A stretch of 64,000 bases of DNA from Lama glama (lineage: Eukaryota): positions 17,238,001 through 17,302,000 of the forward strand of contig CM052832.1 of the NCBI GenBank assembly GCA_028534125.1, read 5' to 3'. Both the position numbers and the translations under genes were made by a program. Position 1 is the stretch's first letter; each line of letters opens with the position of its first letter. The notes beneath the pieces are model-generated. The model saw only the letters and a list, made by a program, of their open reading frames with translations. It was not told the origin of the DNA and searched no databases. This document shows positions 25,323 through 38,029 of this stretch, piece by piece.

Positions 25323-26469
25323 AAACATTTGTGGAGTATTCAGAGAAAGCTGCCCATAATTATCCCATTGTATCTTCCCAGATGTCTGAAATCTCAGTAT
25401 TATTTGTTCCTTTAGAATATAATATTTGCAGTCATTTACTATATTTGCAACTTAAAAGTCAGTATTCATTAGGCTTATTATTTCCACCTAATTATGGTAT
25501 AAATATAATAGCAGCTACCACATATAAATGATAACTTAGTTATTGACTTAGTTTAAACATTAAAATAAAAAATATGTTGTGTAGTCGAACTGTAATAATT
25601 CTACCTAATAAAACAAAAAAAGGAGAGAAAAAAACAAGTGGAAGTTTTACAAATCATGATTTATTTGTACAAGTTTGTGCAAATAAATTTGAAAATCCAG
25701 CCAACTAAGAAATGATTAAGCAGATTTCGGCAAAATTAAAAAAAATATATGTTGCCTTCTTTACTGAATATACTTTCTCCTAAGAAGGTAACTCTTTATT
25801 ATGTAATATCATCATAAGTAAAATAAACATATGGTGTATAATTTTAGATAAAATTTATTAAAATATTAATACTATATATATATATTTCTTAGCAAACATA
25901 TTGAGAGATATTTCTGAAATGAATGTCTTAAAACACCTCTGTGTGACAAGCTTGCCCATGTATTGGCACATTTGATGTACCTGGTCCTACTTGATGAAGA
26001 ACTATTGTTCAGCCTTGAGACACATCAGAAAACTTAAGCTTATAAAAGTCACAAACTTGACCCCACTACTGACCTCCTGTATCAGAATTTTGAGAATCCA
26101 TGTCCAGAAAACAATTTTTTTAACTTCCTCAATTAATTTTGAGGTAAAACCAGAATTAGTGAAGGCCATCATAGGGAAAATTTTTTAAAGGTATCTATTA
26201 GTCACAGAAGTCAGACAGGATCTGACAAAAGGGAAAAGGTATAGTCCAAAACAAGAATCACAGATAACTTGCCAAAGGTGTGAAGAATTTCAGATGTTTT
26301 AATCTTAAGAGAAAGAGATATAAACCCATAAGTAGCATTTCCTGAAACATTATGCTATACATCAGAAATTGACACAACACTGTATGACTCTACTTCAATT
26401 TAAAAAAAAATACATATAAATGGATTAAAAACACCAAATGAAAAGCAAAGATTGAAAAATCAGTTTCTG

Positions 26470-28530
26470 ATCTAACACATAAGGAGTTTTGAAGTGTTCA
26501 TTTCCATCTTCAAAAGAAAAACTGAACAGATTGAAAATCAACTCCTCTTAGGTCAGTCAGAGAGTTGAACTCACAGTGAAAACCGCTGTCCTCAAAATGA
26601 ATGCAGGTGAATACAGAGAATCACAATTTACTGTAGCAGACGCTCAGGAGCAGAAACCCATCATGGAGTTAATACCACACTCCTTTTTCCATTACCTTAT
26701 GCCAAACTTTCAAAAAAATTATGTCATATCGAAAGGCAAAAATACAGTCTGAAAAGACAAATCATTAGAGTGAGACAAAGACATGGGAGTGATTTTGAAG
26801 TTCTCTGAACAGGAATTTTAAATAATCATGATTAACATACTAAGGGCAGTAAAAATGAATAACATGGCAAGTTGAGTAATGTAAGCAGAGAAATTAGAGG
26901 CACAAAGGAGAATCTAAAGAAAATGCTAGAAATCAAAAACACTTTAAAAGAAACAAAGGATAATTTGAAAGGCCATCATTAGACTTTACATGGCAGAGGA
27001 ATGAGTCAATGAACTTGCAAATATGTCAACAGAAATGTCCTAAGTGCAAAGCAAAAAAAAAAAAAAAGAGTACAAAAGAACCAGAGAAGAAATCCAAAAA
27101 AGTTGAGAAATTTACAAAATTTAACAAAAGGTATACCATACATATGATGGGAATACCAGCAGGAAAAGAAAAAGCAAAAAGAATAGAAGAAATATTTGAA
27201 GTAATAACTGAGAAGTTTCTGTAATTAATAACAAACTTGAAATGATAGGCCCAGAAATACCAATCAGGATAAAAACCAAAAAGCCTACACCTAGATATAT
27301 CATATTAAACAGCAGAAAAACAAGAACAAGAGAAACTTCTTGCAAGAAGTTAGAGGTAAAATATATATACATATATTACTGCTAGAAAGCAAAGGTAAGA
27401 ATTACATCCAACTTTAACTCAAAAAATATGCAAGCGAGCAGAGAATGGAGTTTAATGTGTTAAAAGAAAAAACACACAAACCTAGGAATTAGTATTTTTT
27501 TAATATGTTAAAAGGTAGGAAATCAGCAGACATAGTTAACTGAATACTGTGATCAATCAACTGGATATAACTGACATTTATAAAATACTTCAACAACAGT
27601 AGAAACATATTCTCAAAAGTTCACATGGTACATTCACTGTGACAGATTACATTCAGGACAATAAAACTTAATTAAAAGAATAGAAATAACATAAAATATG
27701 CTCTCAGACAACAACAATGAAATTAAGCTATAAATCAGTAATAGAAAGATTTGTGAAAATCCCCAAATACTTGTAGATTAATTGATATACTCCTAAGTTA
27801 CACATGGGTCAAAGAAGAAGTATCAAGAAATTTATTAATATTTTAAACTAAATTAAAATTGAAAACAACTTTTCTAAGTTTCGGGGTAGCAGTGAAGCAG
27901 TGCTTAGACTTTGCATATACAAGAATATATGTATGAGTCAAAAAGAAAGATCTGAAATTGATAATAAAAGTTTACACCTTAGGACACCAGAGGAAGAAGA
28001 AAAGCAAATTAAATCTAAAGTATGCAGAAATAGAAATAATCAAAATCAGAACAGAAATTAATGAAATTGGAAACATGAAATCCATAGAGAAAATTAAAAT
28101 CAGAGGCTAGTTCTTTGAAAAGATAGTTAAAATTGATAAACTTCTGGACGATAATTAAGTAAAAAAAGAACAGACATAAATTACTAATATAAAAAATGAT
28201 GGAGAGTCATTAGTACTGACCTCATGAACACCAACACCAAAAGGATAGAGAAATATTATGAGCAACTCTAAACCCACAAATTTGATAATCTGGATGAAAT
28301 TGACCAATTCCTTCAAAAATACAATCCACCTAAACTAACACAGAAGAAAAAAATAAACTGAATAGGTTTATATCTATTTTTAAAACTGAATCAGTACATA
28401 ACTTTCCAAAACAGGTGAATTCAATAGTGAACTGTATTAAACATTTAAGGAAGAAATTATACCAATTTTCTACAATTTCTTTCAAAAATAGAGAGCAGTT
28501 ACTCATTCTCTGAGACCAGTATTACTCCAA
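26470..28530 (+). mobile_element. Old degenerate L1 (5' region, ORF1 and ORF2 pieces)
   Basis: ORF1-like aaaatgctagaaatcaaaaac; ORF2-like ctagttctttgaaaagat and acatttaaggaagaaat. Confidence 0.75.
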
Positions 28531-28532
28531 TA

Positions 28533-28768
28533 CTGTTCTCCATACTCTTTTCCATGATTGCACCAAACTACATTCCCACCAACAGTGTAGGTGGATTCCC
28601 TCTTCTCTACAACCCTCTCCAGCATTTATTGTTTGTGGACTTTTTCATGATGGCCATTCTGACTGGTGTGAGATAATATCTCACTGAGTTTTGATTTGCA
28701 TTTCTCTAATGGTTAGCAATATTGAGCATTTTTTCATGTGCCTATTGGCCATTTGTACATCTTCACTG
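28533..28768 (-). mobile_element. Inverted L1 ORF2 C-terminal fragment
   Basis: acattcccaccaacagtgtagg...ggccattctgactggtgtgag...ttgatttgcatttctct. Confidence 0.8.
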
Positions 28769-28774
28769 AACAGG

Positions 28775-30650
28775 TAGAATAAATAATTTTAAATCTTTGT
28801 ATGGAACTACAAAAGATCCTAAATAGCCAAAGCAATCTTAAGAAAGAAGAATAAAGCCAGAGGCCTCATGCTCCTTGATTTCAAACTATACTACAAAGCT
28901 ATAGTGTCTGGCATAAAAACAGACATACAAATGAATGTAAAAATAGAGGCCAGAAACAAACCCACATACATAGGTCAGTTAATTTATGGCACCAGAGACA
29001 AGACTAATGGAGAAAGGATAGTCTCTTCAACAAATGATGTTGTGAAAATTGGAAAGCTACATGCAAAAGAATGAAAACTGGATTATACATTCAAATGTAA
29101 GGCCAAAATGCATAAAACTCCAAGAAGAAAACATAGGCAGTAAGCTCCTTGACATTGCTCTTGGAGATAATTTTTTGGATCTGACTCCAAAGGCAACGGC
29201 GACAACAGCAAAAATAAACCAGTGAGGCTACATCAAACTAATGAGCTTCTGCACAGTGAAGGAAACTACAAACAAAATTAAAAGGCAACTTACAAAATGG
29301 AAGAAGATATTTAAAAATCATATATCAAATCAGGGGTTAATATTCAAAATACACAAAAAAATCCATACAACTTAATAACAAAAAAAAAAAACCAACTGAA
29401 AAATGGGTAGAAGTTCTAAATAGACATTTTTCCAAAGAAGACATACAATTTGCCAACAGACACATGAAAAGATGTTCAACATCACTAATGATTATAGAAA
29501 TGCAAATCAAAATTACAAAATATCACCTCACAGCTGTCTGAGTAGCTATTATAAAAAGAACAAAGAATAACAAGTGTTGGCAAGAATATGGAGAAAATGG
29601 AACTTAGTGCATTATTCATGGGAATCAAAACTGGTGCGGCCACTATGGAAAATCGTGCAGAGATTCCTCAAAAAATTAAAAAATAAAAATGGGAGTTCAA
29701 AATTTGTAGATACTGACAGGCATATGCAGAATAGATAAACAAGATTTTACTGTATAGCACAGGGAAATATATACAAGATCTTGCAATAGCTCACAGCGAA
29801 AAAAAATGTGACAACAAATATATGCATGTTCATGTATAACTGAAAAATTGTGCTCTACACTGGGATTTGACACAACATTGTAAAATAACTATAACTCAAT
29901 AAAAAAAAGTTAAGAAAAAAATTAAAAATAGAACCCTTATATGATCCAGCAATTTCACTTCTTGGTCTTTATCCAGATAACATGAAAACACTAATTCAAA
30001 AATACGTATGACCCATATTTTCATCACAACATTGTCTATAATAGCCAAGATATGGAAACAACCTAAGTGTCCATCAACGGATGAATGGCTAAAGATGTGG
30101 TATTATATATACAGTGTAATTCTACTCAGCCATAAAAAAAAAAAAAGAATAAAATCTTCCCATCTGCAACAACATGAACGGACCTGGAGGGTATTATGCT
30201 AAGGAAATAAGTCACACAGAGAAAGACACATATCATGCACTTTCACTTATACGTGGAATCAAAAAAAGAGCAAATGAAAAAACAAAACTAATAGATATAG
30301 AGGACAGATTGGTTTGCCAGAGGGGAGAAGGGATGAATGGTGGGAAAGTAGGTGAAGAGGATCAAGAAGTACAAACTTCCAGATATAAAATAAATTATTA
30401 ATGGGGATATAATGTACAGCATGGTGACTATAGCCAATAATATTGTATTGCAAATTTGAGAGCTGCTAAGAAAGTACGTCTTAAAAGTTCTAATCACAAA
30501 GAGAAAAAAAAATCTGTAATTTTGTATAATGAGTTATGATAAATAGATTTACTGTGATCACTGCAATGTTTACAAACGGCAAATCATTATGTTGTAAACC
30601 TAAAAATAATGTAATGTTGTATGTTGATTATGCTTCAATTTTTAAAAATC
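28775..30650 (+). mobile_element. L1 ORF2 3' part and 3'UTR
   Basis: Peptides LDFKLYYKAIV and IIAKIWKQPKCPSTDEW; 3'UTR ending gcttcaatttttaaaaa. Confidence 0.9.
29691..29914 (+). mobile_element. Young L1 3' end nested in older L1
   Basis: Same family as 15589-15712; A-rich TSD-like aaaaaattaaaaa on both sides. Confidence 0.85.
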
Positions 30651-30779
30651 ATGACAATAAAAGAAACAGAGAAAAGGAAAATAAATGAATAAAATAATAA
30701 AATAATTTTAGTTTTCAGTGTGTTGGGAAATGAGTTTATTTTAAAACATGTCTAACAATAGAGGAGATTTTATACCAAT

Positions 30780-31155
30780 CTTAATTCATTCAGTAGGCAA
30801 CTAATTGCACATAAACATTTCCATGGAGAACGCAGTCCCCCGTGATTTTCTCTGCTAACTCATCTGGGACAAGCATAAGTGCACTGTTTGAAAACAATAC
30901 CCAGGGGTCTCAGGAATAAAATACAAACAGTGCAACCACAAAGCATTCTTGATACTACCTACTATTGTCTTCTTAATCTGGGCTTTTTTCTTCTTGGCAG
31001 CATTATATCAAATGAAAAACTCACACTTCTAAAGCTAATTCTTGAATACTCATCTGCTTACTACAGTTTCTCTGTCCTCTGAAAGTTCGAAAAACTCGAA
31101 TGTGTTCCTTCACAATTCCTTTTTCTTAAATGACATTTATCAAAATAAGGTAAGT
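30780..31155 (+). promoter_or_regulatory. Putative promoter and non-coding exon 1 of the OR2N1-like gene
   Basis: TAATTG at 30802-30807; O/E-like ttccatggag, catctggga, cccagggg; donor AAG|GTAAGT at 31149|31150 can pair with acceptor ctatag| ending 33616. Confidence 0.55.
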
Positions 31156-33635
31156 AAAAAGACAGTTGTTTTAAAGACTATCCATTCTTAGAGAAGGTTG
31201 GAATATGTGTACATCATAGTACCAAATATAAATAGGAAAAGCAGAGAACATTTCATTTCAGGAGCCTTCCCTAAACTTTAGGAATAATTAGTTTAGTGGC
31301 TTTAGAGAGCAACTAAATTTCTCTTTGTAATTAATCTTTCTCAGTCTCTCATTTAAACCAAACTTAAAAGCAAATAAATTTTAATAAACACTATATCCAA
31401 CAAGTATTAAATACTACCTGAGTGAAATGTGTAGCCTTCATTCAATCACGTGAATTTTTTCAATACATAGTCAAAATTTGATGGATTGACTTGTCCACAT
31501 TTCATTCAAATGTTATGAGGTCAGATAAAGAACTTTTCTTTGTTCTATAATCTCTTCCTACACATAACTTAAAAATCACTGTAAATATAGATAAGATACT
31601 GTGTGATGAAAATGATGTATAAATAAATAAATGAAAAAGAATGAAAATGTTAGTGGAAATACAAAGGAGAGGTCAAAAGGAATAGTCTGGCATTTTATTA
31701 AATTGCCTTTAAACATTCACAGATAAATAGATCCCTATGTAGTTAAATAGTGACGGAAAATCAGTGGAAGTAGATCAAAAATTGGATTTAAAAATGTCAT
31801 AGAATCCAGAAGTTAAAAGTAATAAAATATCATGAGAATGACACAGAAAAGATTAGCTATCTAGGAAAGAATTATAGCGCTTAAATGTATATATTTGGAT
31901 ATCGAAATCTCAATTTAGTCTCACTATCTCACTATCTCATTGAAAGAACTGCTTGCTTTTTAACCTTTAGAACATCACTACCTATTAACAGAAAATAGAG
32001 ATGAATGATTAATAATATCTAAAAGTATGAACACTAAAATGTCCTTTGTCACAGAGTTTGGGGATAGTCACTAAATGATTTAATGGGTGGAAAATTATTA
32101 CTGTAGTGTTTGGCACACAGGGCTCATTAAGGATTAGCTGAAATTATTTTATTTTCGTATTGCACACATCTGATCTAGGGGTAGCATGGAATCAAAGGGC
32201 CATAGTCACATCTTAGCCCTGAGTAGCTCTGTGTGGCAACTCACAGGATGGCTCTGAGGTTTAACGAAACACAATATATGAAAACTATGCTTTGCAACTC
32301 TACAAATGTAATCTGTTACCCTCAAACCGATAATTAACTGGCAGAGAAACTCAGAATTTTGTCCCTGGGATACACTACCCTAACTAAACATCTGAATATC
32401 CCTCACTTACAGATTTCATAAGACACACTTTACTGTAAAAGAAAAAATATTTTTTAATCTCATTACATTATTTTCTCAAAAGACTTCTTTACTCAGCTGA
32501 TTTTGTTGTTACAATGTGACACTAAGCTAAATATATATATATATGTTAAAGGAGTATATTCTTAGTATGTAAAATAATTTGTGGCTATGAATAGGTCTCT
32601 GATCCTCAATTGGAATAAAGACTTTCCTTCTGATCCAGTTCCCTGGACATAAGGGTTGTATTTGTAGGTATGTACAATTAAGTACATCATTGATAACTGT
32701 CTAAACTCATATAAAAACAGCATAAGCCCACTCAGTAAAGAAAAATTCCTACAAGAAAGATAACCTAAATTTAACATGAAAAATCAACCACCCAATCTGA
32801 ATGAAGTAGTTATGCAAGAAAATTTACATCCAAAAACAAATCTTTTAAATATAGGAAAACATGTCATAGCTAAACTCTTTCAGTTTATACTTCAGGAAAC
32901 TGACATGAAAATATTTAAGTTTTTGCTCAATTCTAAATTATTAAGATGGATTTGAATAAAACCAGCCTTCTTATTCCCCCATGGGGATGATATAATTATT
33001 CAACTATAATAATATACTTAGATCCGGATGAGGCTATCTTGATTCTTACAGTGTTAGGTTTTCTCTGCCTCCTCTTTCTGCTATGGCTACCTCAACACTT
33101 TTACTCTTCTGATTATTCAGTAATGCCTTGCAGCAGTGATTCTAAAAAAAACAAAAACAAAAACAAAAAAACCACCGTCTGATTCCTAGGCACAATGCCA
33201 CATCTATTCTATCAGACACTGGCAGATAAGAACCAATAACTCCATTTTAACTGCCTCTTCAGCTGATAGTCATGCAAGTCAAAGTATGAAAAGCATTCTT
33301 TGGAGTTTCTGAAACACAGTCACTTCTCCTCACCATATGGTATTTAATCCTTACCATAGCCCAAGGACATAGTTACTGTCATCTTTATTATTACCAAGCA
33401 GGAAATTCAGTTTCAGAAAGGTTAGGTTACTTGTTTAAGGCAATTGCCTTTATTTTGTAGTGTCATGAAAAGAAACTAACTCATCTGGTGTCACATTCTT
33501 TAATTATTCCTGCCCCAAGTTACTGTAGCCAGTCTTTTATCCCTGGATGCTTAATTGTGCACAGTGTGTAATTGTTTTATCATTTCTCAAAACTCTTTCT
33601 AACTTCCCTGCTATAGGTTAAACAAGTGGAAGACA

Positions 33636-34574
33636 ATGGAATTAATTAACAACACCTATCCCGAAGAGTTTATTCTACTAGGCTTTGCTGACCGTCCTTG
33701 GCTAGAGCTTCCTCTATTCATTATTCTTCTTATAACATACCCCATGGCCATGATGGGAAACATAGCCATCATTCTGGTGTCCAAGTTAGACCCCCGATTG
33801 CACAGTCCCATGTATTTCTTCCTCACCAACCTCTCCTTTTTGGACATGTGCTACACCACAAGCATCGTCCCTCAAATGCTATTTAACCTGGGAAGTTCTA
33901 AGAAGACAATCAGCTATATGCGGTGTGCAGTTCAGCTCTACTTCTTCCACATAATGGGGGGCACTGAATGTCTGCTTTTGGCTCTGATGTCTTTCGATCG
34001 CTACATGGCCATCTGCAAGCCTCTACACTACACCCTCGTCATGAATCAGCATGCCTGTATCCTATTAGCGTCCACTGTGTGGCTGAGTGGAATGACCTAT
34101 GCTGTCTCAGAGGCCACTGTTACATTACAGTTACCACTGTGTGGTCACAACACACTGGATCACTTGGTATGTGAGATTCCTGTTCTGATAAAGGCTGCTT
34201 GTGGTGAAAAGGGTGCCAATGAGCTCGCACTCTCTGTGGTATGCATTTTTATGTTAGCTGTGCCACTATGCTTAATTCTTGCTTCCTATGCTTGTATTGG
34301 ATATGCTGTATTTAAGATTAAATCTTCAGAGGGAAGAAAAAAAGCCTTTGGGACATGTTCCTCCCATCTCATTGTTGTTTTCTTATTTTATGGCCCAGCA
34401 ATTAGCATGTACCTTCAGCCCCCCTCTTCCATCTCAAGGGACCAGCCCAAGTTCATGGCTCTCTTCTATGGAGTGGTGACCCCTACACTCAACCCGTTCA
34501 TCTATACTCTAAGGAATAAGGATGTAAAGGGGGCACTGGGCAGGCTGGTGAGGAGCATTTTCACTTTCAAGTGA
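33636..34574 (+). CDS. OR2N1: Olfactory receptor family 2 (OR2N1-like); intact, 312 aa
   Basis: Motifs LHSPMYFFLTNLS, MSFDRYMAICKPLHY, KAFGTCSSHL, PTLNPFIYTLRN; TYPMAMMGN, FHIMGGTEC and DHLVCE resemble rodent Or2n1 as recalled; located between OR2J genes; acceptor 19 nt before the ATG. Confidence 0.9.
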   Translation: MELINNTYPEEFILLGFADRPWLELPLFIILLITYPMAMMGNIAIILVSKLDPRLHSPMYFFLTNLSFLDMCYTTSIVPQMLFNLGSSKKTISYMRCAVQLYFFHIMGGTECLLLALMSFDRYMAICKPLHYTLVMNQHACILLASTVWLSGMTYAVSEATVTLQLPLCGHNTLDHLVCEIPVLIKAACGEKGANELALSVVCIFMLAVPLCLILASYACIGYAVFKIKSSEGRKKAFGTCSSHLIVVFLFYGPAISMYLQPPSSISRDQPKFMALFYGVVTPTLNPFIYTLRNKDVKGALGRLVRSIFTFK

Positions 34575-35094
34575 TAGCTGGCAGACATCAGATAAATTAT
34601 TTTACAGTTAGAGTAGGTATATGAGGGTTTACCTGACAACTCATTCCTGTCTCATATTCCCCAGATCATGTTAGATGTTCTTGCAAAGTATGTTGTTTCT
34701 CATATTCTTTGTGGTGTTAGGCAAGGGTGATACTTGGCTAAAACGCACCAGTAAGGTCACTCTGTGGAAATATATTAAAAATAGTTATATTCTGGTGGCT
34801 ACATACTGAAAACATAGTTGTGTTAAGTGGTAAATATATATATATATAAATTATAATATAAACTCATTAGTTCAAGCTAATCATCATGGCAACCATTCAT
34901 CAGTGGACTTCCTATGAGAGTATCACCTAAGAAACATTTCATCACTCTCTGCGAGATTGGCCACTTCTAGTGGACAGCTTGGTGCCACTGTGCATTCAGT
35001 GTGAGTCACTCTTGCACCTTGGACCAACCATGAGTCTCATGAGTTTATCAACCTCAATATATCTAGATGCTATTGCTTCCTTAAAAACACATTT

Positions 35095-35240
35095 TTATTG
35101 TACAACACAGGAAATATAGCCAATATCTTATAATAATTATAAATGGAGTATAACCTTGAAAACTGTGAATCACTATGTTGTACACCTGTAACATATAATA
35201 TTGTACATCAACTACATCTCAACTTTAAAAATTCAAATAA
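35095..35240 (+). mobile_element. Short L1 3' end
   Basis: aatggagtataacc...tgtgaatcactatgttgtacacctgtaac...catcaactac. Confidence 0.75.
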
Positions 35241-35619
35241 AACCACATTGTTACTCTTGTTTAACAAATGTGCTGTGTTTTGTATCTTTAACTAAATAAT
35301 GTGGCATTAAATATTAACATGAATAAAATGTATGGACAAAATGTGTGGTTAAGTTTCTTAATGTTCCTTTTAAATATCATAAGCATGAGACTTCTGAATC
35401 CATGAGAGACTATTAAGGCAGGACCTCCATGTCCAATGGGAGGTAGGATATCTGGAAGGAGGCATATTTTAAAAAACAGAAGAATCACAGAGGTATAGTT
35501 TAGTTGACTAGGCTCAGGACTTCAGCAGGAAGGCTGCCCATGAACCTCTGGGAGAACTTCACCCCCAAATCTCCACCAGGTCTCTGGGCACCCCCAATGC
35601 CCCAAATGCTAAACCCACA

Positions 35620-36199
35620 CCTCCCCCAGTGGCTCAGCTGGCTCCTTCTATACTACTAAATATGGCAGTGAGAGCATATCTGATAAAGAAAGTGCCATCA
35701 GAAAAAAACAGACAAGGATCTATGGACAAGGGAGAAACCTCAAATTGAGCTATAGTGCCCCCTTCTGTTAAACAAAAGAGAGGTTTCTAGCAGCCAGTCT
35801 GGCGAATTGGAAGAACCAGAGAAAGAACAGAAACTTAAGAATTCAGCCCCAAGACGGAGAAGGGTGGTGCAGGTGTGTCCATACAAAGGCTAAGAAAACC
35901 CCAGACAGAACTCACAAACAGTACACCTCATCAAAAGCCAACTAGTAAAGATCTGAGAAACTGTCTGTTACTTCAAAAGCAAAAGTAGCAATGTAAAACT
36001 GCAAGAAACATGAAGAATGAAGAAAACATGTCATCACCAAAAAACAGTAATAATCCTCCAATAACCTAGCTCAAAGGCAAGGAATTTAGCAATCTCGCTG
36101 ATAAAGAATTCAAAACTATCTTGACACAACTCAGTGAGCTACAAGAAAACAAAAAGACAGTTCAACAAAATCAGAAGGAAAAAAAATACATGAACAAAA
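35620..36199 (+). mobile_element. L1 5' region / ORF1 start fragment
   Basis: gaaacatgaagaatgaagaaaacatgtcatcaccaaaa...gataaagaattcaaaa...ctcagtgagctacaagaaaac. Confidence 0.6.
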
Positions 36200-36959
36200 T
36201 TTCCCAAGCCTCAGAAAAGAAATATGTTAACCCCTTTGAAATGGAACAACTCAAGTATGCCCTTCAGCTGGGAGAAACCCTGAAAGCTCTCACAGAATAT
36301 GATGGCCCACTGACCTGGCCCTACACCCCTTCCAACCAGGAGACTGGGTGTGTCTAAAAACTTTAAAAACTGACAGCCCACAAGATTAGCTCACTCCTTA
36401 GTGGAATGGACTCTACATGGTGATCCTACCACCCATTCTGCTCTGAAATGCGTGGATACATTACACTTGAGTGAAGACAACCCAAACTCTGGAGAGAGAC
36501 AACCTGGGGGCAATGGACCCTTTGACCACTCAAGCAACCCTCTCTCTGATCTGAAGCTTCTCTTCCAGAAAACAACAAAAGTGTAACCAGGGATATTCAG
36601 GCCACGGCAGTGAGCTTCAACTCCAGGGCACACTTTTGCCTATGGGCAAAAGACCAACATGCCTTCATTTTTAGGAAAATTTGACATAGGAACATTATTC
36701 TCTTGCTAATATTTAGGTCATGTACCTTAAACTGCCTGGTGTCCTTTGTCTCCAAAAGGGTAGACAAATGGTGGTCACAACAGTTAGGGCTAAGGTCTGG
36801 TGACATTCAAGCTTATCTAAAGGTAGCTGGGAGAAGTTCTGGTCCACTACCCGGAGTTATGACGATGCCCAAAATCAGCAGGAAGTAGTTACAGAAGACA
36901 GACTTTTGCCCATCAGTGCCCCTCAAGAATGAGGAGCAGGACAAAAGACAGGAGGGATT
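36200..36959 (+). mobile_element. ERV1-class internal remnant (integrase C-terminus, 3' internal region, PPT)
   Basis: From 36321 reads LHPFQPGDWVCLKTLKTDSPQD*LTP*WNGLYMVIL, a degenerate GPY/F-type integrase C-terminus; cagcaggaagtag motif; polypurine tract aaaagacaggaggga abuts the LTR. Confidence 0.75.
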
Positions 36960-37399
36960 TGTCACCGGCAAAGCCCATTAACAATTCCCAGAAAATAAAA
37001 ATAAAATATGGGTAATAAAGTCTAACCTTTTTTCTTCTTTGTTCTTATCCTAGTGTCACTTGCTCATAGGGTACCACTTGCGGAGGCCTCATACCTGGCA
37101 CTTCAGACCAGAGTTCCTAGGGCAAAACGGTGGCCCCAACATCAGAGCTTGGCGGACAGTGTGCAGAGACACTGCCCTGGGTACTGTTATCTGGACCTGT
37201 GAGCAGCACAGCTGTGCCCGCCCAGTGAACAAGATTCCCAACAAAGCAGCTCTGCCCGTAGCCTGTCCGAGAGATTCTCTAAAAGCAGGACCTCATGCTT
37301 CCCCATTCTTTGATTAAAGAATAAAACTTGCCCTTGCTTCTGAACCAATACCAGGCAGAAGGACCCTTGTTGGAGCCCGACTCCAAACGGTTGGTAACA
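36960..37399 (+). mobile_element. ERV 3' LTR (440 bp)
   Basis: TG...CA termini with imperfect inverted repeat tgtcacc/ggtaaca; AATAAA at ~37320; follows a PPT. Confidence 0.8.
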
Positions 37400-37640
37400 A
37401 TTAGTGATGTTGACCACTTTTCATATACCTGTTGGTCAATTGTATGTCTTTTTTAGAAAAATATCTCTTCAGACCCCCTGCCTGTTTTTTAAATTGGGTT
37501 ATCTGGTTTTTTCACTTAAGTTGTATGAGTTCCTCATATGTTTTGGATATTAACCCCCTATCAGATATTGGTTTGCAAATATTTTCTTTCACTCTAGAGG
37601 TTGCCTTTTCATTTTGAAAAGCATCCTTTGCTGTATGGCT
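37400..37640 (-). mobile_element. Antisense L1 remnant, paralog of 4538-4782
   Basis: Same L1 text and same truncation junction into unique DNA as in unit A. Confidence 0.8.
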
Positions 37641-37796
37641 ACAAGTTTTGAACCTCACTTTTAAACTGCATTACCTATCCGGCAAAATGCTTCACTCATT
37701 CTGATATTTTTAATATGAATTTTAAGGTTTTAGTGATTTGACGTTCTTCAAATAATGTGATTTATATTTTGATTTTTCCTCTATCAAGAATCTTTA

Positions 37797-37954
37797 GGGG
37801 AGGAGGGTACAGCTCAGTGATAAAGTGAGTGCCTAGTATGCACAACGTCCTGGGTTCAATCCCCAGTACCTCCATTAAAAAACAAATAATAAAAACCTAA
37901 TTACCTCCCAATTCCCCTCCAAAAAAATAAAAATAAAAATGTGAAATTTTAGAA
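37797..37954 (+). mobile_element. tRNA-derived SINE (Vic-1-like, camelid)
   Basis: ggggaggagggtacagctcagtg (A box)...ctgggttcaatccccagtacctcc (B box); A-rich tail; 11-bp TSD aagaatcttta at 37786-37796 and 37955-37965. Confidence 0.85.
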
Positions 37955-38029
37955 AAGAATCTTTAAAGAAGCATAAATCAATTTCTTCAAAGCCTCTTTT
38001 GATTTTGATTTTTGTGTAGCCCTCATTTT

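Noticed and set aside
37797..37874. tRNA-like sequence with A and B boxes
   Set aside because: It has an A-rich tail, an exact TSD and an empty paralogous site, so it is a SINE rather than a tRNA gene.
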